Source of the DNA: Sminthopsis crassicaudata
Taxonomy: Eukaryota
Assembly (NCBI RefSeq): GCF_048593235.1
Contig: NC_133620.1
Location: 346,595,765-346,659,764 of the forward strand
DNA length: 64,000 bases
Reading direction: 5' to 3'
Positions 1-12,395 of this stretch are shown piece after piece (within the stretch, counting starts at the first letter, position 1; each line of letters begins with the position of its first letter). Below the pieces are notes generated by a model. That model ran no database searches and was not told the origin of the DNA. It saw only the letters and a program-made list of their open reading frames with translations. The position numbers were made by a program, and so were the translations under genes.

Positions 1-471
1 GCATAATTCTTCCTAATATGAGGTTAGATGAAATAATATTACAAGGGGCACCTGGTCTTATGAATGGGATGTACATTCCTGGATGACTAAAATTTATACT
101 ATAAAAACCTTAGTCGGGTCATTACAGATGTCACTTCTTGGTCATCTCTCTGTAATGGAACATCCTTCCCCACTCCGGGATACAGAACTCTCTGATAGAG
201 GAGCTTTCACCTTAACTTGACTTTACACTCTAGTCTTTCTAGTTCCCTAGTTCTAGTTATGTTTTCCTCTCCACATTAGAATGAAAATAGGGACTATCTA
301 ACTTGTTTGTATTGTTTCCTCAGTACTTAGCACATTTCCTGGCACACAGTATACAATTATACTGTGCTCTAGCTACCTTCCTACCTATCTGCTTACCTAA
401 GATTATTCCTGGGTCTCAATTATCCCAGAGCCAGGCCAGCTACATCTTCCCCTCAAGGTTTAAGGAGAACC

Positions 472-840
472 TGTAGGGTTGAGATTTCTCGTTTTCTAAT
501 ACTATCACCTTTATCTGGATGTGGTTCCACCTTGCTCACAATTTGCTACCACTGGTTACCTCCCCACTTCCATTTAACCAATTAATATCAATTAGCCTTT
601 ACAAAGGAAACTTTATATCAAAACTAGAATAAGAACAAAAGTACAAACATTTCTCTCCAACACTTCTGGGACACATTCCCCCTACACCACTTTTGTGTTG
701 GAGAAGAGTGGGTTCTGACTTAACAGTTTCTACATAGCTTTGATCCCACAAAATTGAAATACAAATGCAGCATCCCTGCTTGATGAGCCCTTTGACATTG
801 ATTCTACTCTTGGATTTCCTATTGGTTCACTCTCCTGACA
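472..840 (-). mobile_element. Possible diverged solo LTR
   Basis: About 370 bp bounded by TG (TGTAGGG, 472) and CA (CCTGACA, 840), with an LTR-like 3' end on the minus strand. No TSD found. Confidence 0.25.
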
Positions 841-944
841 TCAAAACTCAGAAAGCTGAATTCTCCTTATTTGCGGGGAGAGGTCCCATAAATCATAGAT
901 CCTTTTGTAATTGATTTAAGTATTTATTATATAAGTTATTGTGA

Positions 945-1088
945 ATAACTTAGTTCTTCAGAGTTGTTCTTAGAACACTATTGTTGTTATCGTACAAAAT
1001 TTTCTCTTGGTTCTTTCACTCTTTATTATTTTATGCAAATCTTTCCATGTTTTTCTAAAATAAATCACTTCATCACTTCTTACAGCAA
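945..1088 (-). mobile_element. Old L1 fragment (ORF2 end/3' region)
   Basis: Resembles the antisense L1 motifs (tattgttgtt...ctcttggttct...tctttccatg...catcacttcttacagc) seen in younger copies in this window. Confidence 0.55.
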
Positions 1089-3739
1089 AGTTGAAGCCTT
1101 CTTCACCTAAAACAAAAGAACAAATGTTGAAGCAAAGAAACCAAGAGCCACATTAGTCTTGGACAGGGAGGGTCTGACACTCCCTCTATGGCATTGTCTA
1201 TCATCAAAATGCCACTTGACTGGAAATCAATCTGAGAGAAGGGAAAACGTTGACTGCTCCCTTTTGAATGTATCCCCCAGTTCTAGCTACAAAATTATAT
1301 CCAATAAAAGAGGCTTCTATTTACCATGTAGTTAGCCAACCAGAACAAGTTATAGAATGTCTATAGATGTTCCAAAACTTAAGAGCATTCTGTACATTCT
1401 CTTAAGAACAGTACTCATTCTCTAGTCCCCTCACTGCACTTGCTATGCACCTTCAGCTTCATGCTGGTTCAGGATGACAGGCAGCCAACTCCCTCTCACA
1501 AATATAAGTCTCTTAAGGTGAAAGACTGTCTCATTTGCTTACATTTCTAACCTTATTGTTTAGCATAGTGCCTGGCACATAAGTAATTAATTAATGTAAA
1601 TAAGTAATAAGTAATTAATAAATGTTCTAAGTGTTCTATTTATCTATCTATCCAAGCCTAGCAAGCTAAGATAATAATATTTATAATGATTTTTAAAAAA
1701 CTATAAATAATTCCTAACCACAACTTCATCCTTGTTTGCCCCAAAAATCTAGGGTTTCTCATCTGATGGGTGGAGGAAGGATTTGAGAAGATGCTCAGAG
1801 ACCATGCTATTTCAATAGTTCCCTAAGGGCCCTAAATCTTAACCAAATTCATCCTGAAATAAGAAAGCTGTCTCAAAGTCATTTGCCCCTCTAATTACTT
1901 AGACCCAGCCCTTGACCTTTATAAATTTTCAGTGCTCAGCCCTAAAATCTTATTTCTAATTTAGTACTTGTAAAATATTTGTCACTATTTGGATCAAATG
2001 AGATATTATTTGAAAAATGGTGTTTAGTCCAGTGTTATGTAACAGAATAGGTGTTATATAAATGCTTATTCCTTTCCCTTTTTCTTATTACACATCATAT
2101 TCTCTTGGGAAATTGATACTTAAAATGGAAACATAAACGCCTGTGGACTACTGAACAATTTCAGTTTTACATTGTCCAAACTATTTATTCAAGATGCATA
2201 TGTAAGCTTGGTCTCATTTTCCTAGAAGTGGTCATTTTCTCTTTTGAGGATATATTTTCTTCTTCTTGACAAATAGCAACTGGACTCAGGAATTCCTGAC
2301 CTTTCGGATTCATGAGGTTGCCAGTAAGATTAGAAATATCCATCTCAGGATTGCTATTCAGTCAGAAACATACAACAGAAGATATTAACTAGGGTTAAGG
2401 GAGGGTTCTGAGTTCCAACATCATCTAGACAATCAGCTATCTTGTCTCTTGCACTTATCTCAAAGAAGCCTTCATAGCTTTAGGAGGTAAGGGGAAAAAA
2501 ATGCTCTTCCCCTTAGTGAAAAGTCCAATTGGAATCCTAAGAGACACACGTTATGAAAAGAGAAAGAAGAGACTGAAAATGAACATTTTCTTTCCCTCAT
2601 GTTCACCCAGTGAGAAATTCTTTGGTTATTGGCCAATTCTCTTTAATAGAACCTCCCTTCCACTCACCACTAGGCACCACTAGAAGTCTATAATTGTATA
2701 TTCCCTTTATTAAGTGTCTATAGCCCATACAGAGTACAGGCTCATTACTCCAAACTAAGTGCACCAGCTAGAAAGCCTCTATCACCAGAAATGGCCAGGC
2801 CACAATCTCAGTTCCATGTGCAGATCCCACATATAATTTCCTAAACATGCTTCAGCAGGTGGGCTCTAATACAACGCCACCATCCTCCTAACTTCATTGC
2901 CCTCTAAAATCCTCCCTGATTTGATTTCAACCTACCTTTCCAGTCTTTGCATTATTCCCCTTTATGCAATTTAATTTCTAACCAAACAGACTTATAAGTG
3001 GCTCCCCAAACTCAACAAGCTATCTTATCATTTTGTGCATTACTAAAAGGTACTTCCTTCCCATTACCATTTGCTGATATATCTTAAGTGTGATTTTTCC
3101 TTGTCTTCTGTAACCCACACTCCCCATCTTATAATAGGAAACTTTACGTTTTTCCTTTGTCTCCATCATATCTTATCTTGTCCTATAATTGTGTAGCAAG
3201 GGTTGGAATAGAGGTAGAAATAAGTCCATAGGAGCCATCACAGGGACTGTGCATCAGAGAATATTTGTAAAATGCTTAGCAGAGTGCCTAGAATCCAGTA
3301 GGTGCTTTATAAAATGTTTATTATCTCCTCCTCCCCCTCTCCAGAAAGAAGCTGGTTTGCCACAAAATATTGACTTTGAGGAAATTGTTTGGATAGCATG
3401 TAGTGATGTCTGACCAGTATAAATATAAACTGATTCATGTTCATTTGTTACAAATAATTGTAATAATGACAAAAATGATCAGTCACTTGTTTAGTTTTTT
3501 CAAAAATTTTGTCAATATTATCCTAATAAGAGTTATATTACAGGATGCTGTTTTAAGTTTTTCTATAAGTGCAAAGTGGTCAGGGTCTCTTGGGTTTCTT
3601 TTGTGTGTAGAAACTAAATAAGTGATATCCATTGTGCAACTGGGGAGTACATTGAGTACCTTAGTACTCCCTACTAGGAAGGAAATCTAGACAAAAGTTC
3701 ATACTTTAAGTATTGTTTATTATTGTTGTTCATCCTTCA

Positions 3740-4030
3740 TTCTCTTTTTTCCCCCCAAAGTTTTTTATTTTCAAAATATATGCAGTTAAATTTTTCAACA
3801 TTAACCTTTTCAAAACCTTCCTCCACCCCCTCCTCAAGATGGCAAGTAATCCAATATATGTTAAACATGATAGAAATATATGTTAAATCTAATGTATGCA
3901 TACATATTTATACAATTATTTTGCTGCACAAGAAAAATCAAATCAAACAGGAAAAAATGAGAACGAAAATAAAATGTAAGCAAACATCAACAAAAAGAGT
4001 GAAAATCCTATGTGTGAACCACACTCTGTT
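3740..4030 (-). mobile_element. L1 3' UTR fragment
   Basis: T-rich tail, then aatttttcaacattaacc...ccctcctcaagatggcaagtaatccaatatatg; homologous to 15630 and 21265. Confidence 0.8.
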
Positions 4031-4044
4031 CCCACATTTCTCTC

Positions 4045-4222
4045 TCTGCATCCCTCATTCTCAAAGAGGACCAATGACATCAGGAGGGTGATGTCTTGAC
4101 TTGCAAGTGAATTGAATTTAAGTGAGGCAAAGTTATCAGAGTGCAAAGTCATCAGGCTCACTCTCTCCTCCAAAGTTATCAGAGTCCCATGGCCAGACAT
4201 AGGTCAGGGTGACTGGTGATAT
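4045..4222. mobile_element. Marsupial interspersed repeat, probably RTE-derived (WALLSI/RTE-SINE class)
   Basis: Homologous to 40140-40365 (gaggacca...cagg(g)agg(g)tgat...gtgcaa(a/g)gtca...ctcc(a)agag...tggccaga). Family name from recall only. Confidence 0.45.
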
Positions 4223-7200
4223 CCTAAGTGTTTTCCTCTAGCACTAGGGTGGGTATATAAAGGGCTGGAGAGTAAAAGCAAAAGAACTTCCTGTCATTAA
4301 AAGCCAAGGTCTCCCATCCCCAAAAAGACCTATCCAGAGCAGGTACCTCTTAGTGGAAAAGGGGGGGCAGGTGTGCTCTAGCCTTCCCACCTCCCCCAAA
4401 CCTCTTAGCAACAAATGTAGTTGTTAGAGTTGCTGTGTACATATCATGTTGGAACTTCCCCTCTCTAGCAGGCAGGAACTATATGTCTTTTTTATTTTCT
4501 ATTAATCTAGTGCCTAATGCAGGTCCTTGTGGGTACTAAACTATTTCTTGAATTTTAAAAAATGAGTATATTCAATAACCACAAACAAAAATGTTGAAGA
4601 AATTATTTGCCTAAGTTAAAAGGTTTTCAGCTTTCCTAAATATTTCTTAGAGTCATCAGCTTTTCTCTAGCTTAACACTGTGGCCAGTTACCTCAGGGCA
4701 GTTGCTATTACTTAATCAGGATGTGGACCCCACCCCATTCATATCTGTTCTCTTTGTGGTCAGAGGTAGAATCCCCTTTCTCTTTCCCAGAACCTCGTGC
4801 ATTGCTTGAGATCTATTTAGGTGAGTTCACCTAATGGTGATTTTAACATTTTCTTCCACAACACCAGTCAGTTGGGGTGCCACACCCAACCCTGAACAAG
4901 CCCTGGGTCTCTGCCCATTCCTGTGCATGAGCAGATATGTTTAACTGAAGCAGGCTCTGCCATCAATTCCACCCTCACTTTATAAAAAGACTTCAGTTCT
5001 TCACAGACAGTGATGGATACTTGCCCCACTGATCCCCCTCTATATTCTAGACAATATCAGAGTGGATGGAGAAGAGAAGGAAAGGTTTACTATCTCCCTC
5101 AATGCTGCTTTGGGTATTTTCCCAGGAAAAGCCAGAGATATGGCAATGTCTCCCTATTATCTCCCCAGAGTAGAGGGATTCTTTAATGGAATCCCAGTGT
5201 GAATGCAGCAAAGATCCTTAGGATTCACAGATCCTGCACCAGGCCTAATTACTGATTGGCCAAAGTTTGAAAGGAGCTCAGGTGGATTGATCCCCGTAGC
5301 TTCCAGCAACTAGAGGGTGGATAGGTTTTACATTTCTGTGGGGAGATGCGCCTTGCCAATAAGGTTTTGCTATGTTGAGACTTGATTCCAATATATTAAT
5401 GATGGTTTTGTAAGATCATGATAAACTTTGTGTGAGGTACATTTGTATTTTGACTTTCCTTTCCAATTTTTTCTTCCTAATTATTTATCTCAAGCTGATG
5501 TACATGGTTTTAGTACAAAGACACATGGTGCCATGGAAAGAGTCTTCCTGACTCCAGGCCAGCACCAGAACCACTGAGCCACCTATTATACATTTACTAT
5601 TTGGGTACTATAGAAAACACTAATGAAACAAAGAAAAAGCAAAAACAGATCCAGCCCCTCAAGGAGCTTATATTCTAATGGAGGAAACGTGCTAAAAATA
5701 GGTATAAACCTGTGCATGGCAGAAAAAAAAGTTTAAAAGATATATAGATACAGATACTTATGATACAAGAAAACTTAGAAAGGAAGGCACCAGCCCCTGG
5801 AAAACCTAGGAAGGCCTGAAGAAGGCAGAGTGAATGTAGCAGAGGCAGGAATGGAGTGGATAGTAGGGAAGATGTAACCCAAACTGTCAGATATGAGAGC
5901 TAGCAAAAACACTACCAGTCTACTCTATCAAGAACAGTAAGGGGTAAATAGAAACTTTAGGTTAAAAATACCCAGCTTGTTGTAAAGAGAAATAAGAACA
6001 GGAAGGAAGTGTGGGGTTGAATCAAAAAGAGTTGACAGAAAGCCCCAGAGGAAGATAATGAGACGTTTTTGGCAGAAACGTCTCAGGTAAATGGGTGCTC
6101 TGTGCAGAATGTTGAGGAAATGTTTATGCAGGGTGTAAGAGGGCAAAATGGCCATCTTTTCAGAACCTGTTCTAGATCAAGTCATCTCAATGGGCTCACG
6201 ATGACCCAATAAGACAAAGGCTGTGAATGCCTTTCTTAAATCTGGTGTAGAGTTTTTTATTAGGGGCAAACATCCTCAGAAAAATTGACCATGCATTCCA
6301 TGAAGCTGTGAAATTAGTGTTATTTGTCTTTTTAGGGGGAGGGAGGGAGAACTTAGGACATTGGGATACTTTTTTTTAAATAGAGAACAAATTTAAGAGT
6401 TAGAACAACCCAACAAACAATACAAAACCCACAAACAGTCAGAAAAACTACCCTTCCTTTTCTAATGGGGCACTTCTTCCTAAGGATCAGCTAGTCCTCC
6501 AGATTTATAATTCTTCTGATTGGGACTCTCTATCAGGATACAGAACTTGAGGGTACTAGGGAGTCAAACAAATTAGCCCCATTTCTTCAAGAGCCTATAT
6601 GTCCCCCAAATATAAAATGCTACCTTGGGCAAGAATTCTCCTCTATAAAGGAGAAAAAATTGGAATTCCTAGAGAGTTGAGTGCTTTCCTCTGGACATGT
6701 ATAATCCACATGACTCACAGTATCAATGAAGGGCAAAGTCTAGCAACTATATATCCTACCTAATTTGTGTGTCGGTAGAGATGAGATTTCCAGCTTTGAG
6801 AGGACATTTAATTCTTGTTTGAATAAAGAGAGAAAAATTGAGAAAAGCACAAGGAGTCTATTGGGAGGTACCTCTCCAGTCTTTAGCTAAAGGGGGTTGA
6901 AAATGAGAAAAGGAGTGAATGGAAGGGGGAGAAGTTTTCATTCAGCAGGAAAGAAGTCAATTCTACTACTGGAAGAAGAATTAGAATAAGCATTTTTTTA
7001 CAGGTTCAAATCTTTATTATTTTAAAATTCTACATGTATTTTATAATACAATAATTTGTTATTTAAATAACTTGTATATGGTTAATGTATGAGTGTTTTT
7101 TTTTTCCTGAACTCAACCATGAATTACAATTTCATCAATATGATTTTCCTAAATAGATTAATACCAGTTTTCTGTGTTATTGGGAAGGTTCATGAGCTTA

Positions 7201-7422
7201 CATTTAAAACTGAATGCCACAGATTCTTACCTTCAGAAGCAATATGATCAATCCATCAAAAGTACTTTGAAGATTGCTGGTTACCTGTAGCTGATTTTAA
7301 AATCAGTCAATCCAATTATAGGGTTCCTTTTTTTAGAATAAATTCTTAATTGACAACAACAGAAGGTTTGTGGGGTTTTTTTTTTCAGTTTGTTAGATCA
7401 CTTGCTGAGTTGCTATGCTTTA

Positions 7423-7677
7423 GAGGCAGCAATATCTTAGATGCAACTATATGGTTCTATGAATAGAGCCTGGAATCAGGATGGTCCCAGTTCAAATCTA
7501 GCCTCAGACACTTACTAGCTGTGTGACCCTAGGCAAGTCATTTAATCCTGTTTGCCTTAATCCATTGGAGAGGAAATGACAAACCACTCCAGTATTTTGT
7601 GCTGAGAAATCATCATATAGAGAGTATAGTCTCTGGGATCATAGACAGATACAACTAAATGACTAACAGCAACAACA
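7423..7677 (+). mobile_element. Mar1-type CORE-SINE
   Basis: tRNA-like head, CORE (ctagctgtgtgaccctaggcaagtca) and RTE-like tail (ggaaatgacaaaccactccagtatttt...caactaaatgact). Confidence 0.8.
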
Positions 7678-8105
7678 TTATATGTCTAACAGAGCTGATG
7701 TAATATGGCTGGAAAGTCCTTAAATTCTTGGGTTCAGTTCCAGTGAAATGAATTGATTCCCTACTTTTTTGATTCTAGAAGTCTGAGCCACTTTGGAGTT
7801 TTGTTTTGCCTTTTTTTTTAAATAAAGAATACCTGTATTCAGTATTCTTTTTATTGTCCCCTTTCTTTTTCAGTAAGAGATGCAGTGCTGCATAGAACAT
7901 GAATGGCATGGACAATTTTTTTCTGATAGTTTTAAGCCTCAACGTCTTTAGACGTTACTGATAAATTATTATAGGGATACTTCATTTATATTGTGCTTTG
8001 CTTCATCGTGCTTTGCAGATATTGTATTTTCTAACAAACTGAAGGTTTGTCACAATCCTGCATTGAGCAAGTCTGTCAGCCCCATTTTTCCAATAGTATG
8101 TGCTC

Positions 8106-8760
8106 TCTCAATAGATGCAGAAAAAAACTTTTGACAAAAGATGACATTAATTCCTATTAAAAACATTAAAGAACATAGCAATACATAGGGTTTTCCTTAA
8201 AATGATAAGCAGCACCTATCTAAAACCACTAACAAGCATTATATGTAATAGGGATAAGCTAGAAGCATTCTCAATAAGCTCAGGAGTGAAACAAAAATGC
8301 CTGTTATCACCATTATCATTCAATATTGTATTAGAAATGTTAGCTTTAGCAATGAGAAGAAAAAGAAATCGAAGAAATTAGAACAGTCAATGAGAAAAGA
8401 AAACTATCACTCTGCATATGCTATGAGAGTAAACTTAGAAAATCCTAAAGAATCAACCAAAAGCTACTTGAAACAATTAGCAATTTTATCACAGTTGCAG
8501 GATATAAGATAAACCCACATAAATCATTGGCATTTCTATTTATTACCAACAAAAAACTGCAGCAAGAGATAGAGAAAATTCATTTAAAATAATAGTAGAC
8601 AATATAAAATATTTGGAAGTCTACCTTAGCCAAGACAAACCCAGGAACTATATGAACACAATTACAAAACACTTTTCACAGAAACAAAGTCAGATCTAAA
8701 TAATTGGAAAAATATCAATTGCTCATGGTCAATAACATGTAATAAAAATGACAATACTAT
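8106..8760 (+). mobile_element. Internal L1 ORF2 (RT core) fragment without 3' end, flanked by a 15-bp direct repeat
   Basis: Starts tctcaatagatgcagaaaaa (DAEK motif) and ends aaaatgacaatactat. Flanks caatagtatgtgctc (8091-8105) and caacagtatgtgttc (8761-8775). Confidence 0.85.
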
Positions 8761-8916
8761 CAACAGTATGTGTTCACATCTTCTCTCTGTGTCACATTTG
8801 GATAATTCTTACAATATTTCAAACTTTTTCATTATTAATATATCTATGATCTTTAGCATTGCTATTGTAATTATTTGGGGGCACTACAAAACATGTCCAT
8901 ATAAGATGGCAAACTT

Positions 8917-9798
8917 TTTTAAAAATAGCTTTTACTTACCAGATATATGCATGGGCAATTTTACAACATTGACAATTGCCAAACCCTTTGTCCAATTTTT
9001 CCCCTCCTTCCCCCTCCCCAGATGGCAGGTTGACCAATACATATTAAATATGTTAAAGTATAAATTAAATACAATATATGTATACATGTCCAAACAGTTG
9101 TTTTTGCTTTACAAAAAGAATTGGACTTTGAAATAGTGCACAATTTGCCTGTGAAGGAAATCCAGAATTTAGGTGGACAAAAATAAAGGGATTGGGAATT
9201 CTATGTAGTGGTTCATAGCCCAAACCCAGAGTTCTTTCGCTGGGTGTAGTTGATTCAGTTCATTACTGCTCTATTGGAACTGATTTGGTTCATCTCATTG
9301 TTGAAGAGAGTCAGGTACATCAGAATTGATCATCATACAGGATTGTTGTTGAAGTACACAACGATCTCCTGGTTCTGCTCATTTCACTCAAAATCAGTGC
9401 ATGTAAGTCTCTCCAGGCCTTTCTGAAATCATCTTGTTGGTCATTTCTTACATAACAATAATATTCCATAATATTCATATACCATAATTTATTCAGCCAT
9501 TCTCCAATTGATGGGCATCCGCTCAGTTTCCAGGTTCTGGCTACTACATAGAGGGCTGCCACAAACATTTTTGCACACACAGGTCCCTTTCTCTTCTTTA
9601 AGATCTCTTTGGGATATAAGCCCAGTAGTAATACTGCAGGGTCAAAGGGTATGCACAGTTTGATAACTTTTTAAGCATAGTTCCAAATCACTCTCCAGAA
9701 TGGCTGGATTTATTCACAATTCCACCAACAATGTATTAGCGTCTCTGTTTTCCTACATCCCCTCCAATATTGCACATTATCTTTCCCTGTCATTCTAG
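8917..9798 (-). mobile_element. 5'-truncated L1 with 18-bp TSD
   Basis: ORF 9320..9580 translates as the L1 ORF2p C-terminus. TSD atataagatgg(c/t)aaactt at 8899-8916 and 9799-9816. Confidence 0.95.
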
Positions 9799-10529
9799 AT
9801 ATAAGATGGTAAACTTAATAAAAGTTGTGTGTGTGTTCTGACTGCTTTAACAAGAGGCCATTCTTTATTTTTCTTCCTTTCCTCTAGCTTCCCTATTTCC
9901 TGAGAACAACAATATTGAAATTAGGCCAATTAATAACTCTGCAATGGCCTCTAAGTATGCAAGTAAAAGGAAGAGTCAATCAGTATGGTAAATTTCAATA
10001 TTGTTTTATTTTAAGAAATTAGCACAGCCTTTAGCAACCACTACCCTGATCAGTCAGCAGCCAAGAACATCTAGGCTAGACCATCCACCAGCAAAAAGAT
10101 TTTGACTTCCTAAAGGGTCAGATGATGGTTAACATTTTTTAGCAATAAAGTTATTTTTTATCTAAGGTATGTACATTGTTGTTTTTTTTCCAGACACAAT
10201 ACTATTATATACTTACTAGACTATAGTATAGTGTAAATATAGCTTTTATATGTACTATGAAATCAAAGGTAGGATTTGAGTTAAGACTTGAGGGAAGTCT
10301 GAGAAACCAGGAGGTGTTGGTGAGGAAGGAGAGCAATCCAAGTAGGAGAGCCAGCCATTAATAAAGGATAGAAAATGGGATCAAGTTGTGAAGGGCTTTA
10401 AAAGCCTATTCACTTTTCTAGGGTTCAGTTTCCTCATCTGTCAAATGAGGAGGCTGGGCTAAATGATTTCTTTTCTTTTTTTCCCATTATTTCTTTGTCT
10501 GCTTCCCCCTATCTCCACATATGCATGCT

Positions 10530-12025
10530 TAGTATTTTATTTTTCTAAATACATGTAAAGATAATTTTCAACATTCATTTTTGTAAGATTTTGAGTTTCA
10601 AATTATTCTCTCTCCTCTTCTTTCTCCCCTCCCCAAGACAATAAACAATCTAATATAAGTTACACATGCACAATAATTTTAAATAAATTTTTATATTTAT
10701 CATATTGTACAAGAAAAATCAGAACAAAAGGGGAAAACCATGAGAAAGAATAAGCAAACAAAAAAATAGTGAAAATAGTATGCATTTATCAGTATTCAGT
10801 CTCCATAGTTTTCTCTTTTGGATACAGATGACATTTTCCATCATGAATCTTTCGGAATTGTCTTGGATCCTTATATTGCTAAGAAGAGCCAAGTCTGTCA
10901 TAATTGATCATCACACAGGATGGCTGTTGCTGTATACAACGTTCTTGTTCTGCTCATTTTACTCAGCATCAGTTCACATTAGTCTTTATAGGCATTTTTG
11001 AAATCAGCCTGGTCATCATTTCTTACAGAAGGATAATATTCCATTATATTCATACACTACAATTTATTCAGCCATTCCCCAATTGATGGACAGCCATTCA
11101 ATTTCCAATTCTTTGCCACCACAAAAGGGCAGCTACAAAAATGTTTGCACATGTAGGTCCTTTTCCCTTTTTTTCAAATCATCTTTTAGTGATACAGACC
11201 CAGTAACAGCATTGCTGGATCAAAAGATATGCACAGTTTTATATCCCCTTGGGCGTAGTTGCAAATTTCTCTCCAGAATGATTGGAATGAATGAATGTAT
11301 CAGTGTCCCAGTTTTCCAAATCCCCTCCAACATTTATAATTTTCTTTTTCTGCCATTTTGACCAACCTGACAGTTATGAGATGGTACTTCATAGTTATTT
11401 TCTTTTTGTGTCATCTTGGTCAATCTGACAGATATGAGGTAGTACTTCATAGATGTTTCAATTTGTGTTTCTCTAATCAATAGTGACTTAAAGCATTTGT
11501 TCATGGATAACTTTAATTTGTTCATCTGGAAATTGCCTGTTCATATCCTTTGACAATTTATCAATTGGGGAATGACTTGTAGTCTTATAAATTTGACTCC
11601 ATTCTCTATATATTTTAGAACTGTGACCTTTATCAGAAACACTGGCTTTAAAAATTGTTTCCCAGCTTTCTGCTTACATCCTATTCTTGGTTGCATTGGT
11701 TTTGTTTGTGCAAAAACTGCTTTAATTTGATGCAATCAAAATTATTCATTTTGTATTTCATAATGTTCTCTATTTCTTGTTTGATCATAAGTATTTCCCT
11801 TCTCCAAAGATCCTCGTTCTCTTAATTTGTTCATAGTATTACTCTTTATATCTAAATCATGAAGCTATTTCTACCTTATCTTGGCAAAGGGTGTGAGATG
11901 TTGGTCTATTCCTAGTTTCTGGAATACTATTTCCCAGTTTTCTCAGCAATTTTTGTCAAATACTATGTCTTGTGTACCTAACATATTCCACTGATCCACC
12001 ATTCTATTTCTTAGCCAGTACCAAA
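10530..12025 (-). mobile_element. Older 5'-truncated L1 (about 1.5 kb)
   Basis: Degenerate ORF2p C-terminal homology in ORFs 10719..11735 (LIRETQIET..YYL..VRL.K) plus 3' UTR. Confidence 0.85.
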
Positions 12026-12159
12026 TTGGGTTAGATGATTTCTAAGATTGCTTCCAGATTTAAATCAACCATCCTTTCAACTCAGAGATCTTCCATACCC
12101 AGCGACACCATCCTTGAGATAGTTGCTAGTAAGAAGTCAAAAACCTAAGTCCCAAAATA

Positions 12160-12395
12160 ATCATAATAATAGATAGCATTAAGGTTTACAGAGTGCTCTA
12201 CTTCTGTTAACTCCTTTGATTCTTACCACAACTCTGAGAAGTAGATGCCCTTATTTTCCTCATCTTACAGAGGAAGAAACTGCAGTTGAGTGACTTGACC
12301 AGTAAGATTACACAATTAGTAAAGTATTAGAATTCAAATTTGAACTCAAGTCTTTCTTACTCTAAATCTTGAGTTCTCTTCATTGTACTATCTAG
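12160..12395 (-). mobile_element. MIR-type CORE-SINE
   Basis: catcttacagaggaagaaactg...gagtgacttgacc...atttgaactcaagtct. Confidence 0.7.

Larger units (their letters stand above)
7972..10268 (+). mobile_element. Tigger1-type (pogo/Tc1-mariner) internally deleted DNA transposon, split by two L1 insertions
   Basis: 5' TIR-like (t)agggatacttcatttatattgtgctttg after TA. Tigger1 motifs gaaggtttgt, aacaatattgaaattaggccaattaataac and ccctgatcagtcagcagcca...ccaccagcaaaaagatt lie in collinear pieces 7972-8105, 8761-8916 and 9799-10268. 3' TIR missing. Confidence 0.85.

Noticed and set aside
1086-2351. Strong minus-strand acceptors at about 2351, 1853, 1232 and 1108
   Set aside because: The 1853 segment has stops in all frames, one donor derives from an L1 fragment, and no coherent ORF could be built.
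5307-5320. CTCF-like CAACTAGAGGGTGG
   Set aside because: Mismatches at key core positions; cannot be supported without ChIP data.
6036-6212. Open frame with FLAETS...NVEEMF, resembling the small-GTPase G5 region
   Set aside because: Spacing is wrong, no other GTPase motifs, stop directly upstream and no good acceptor.
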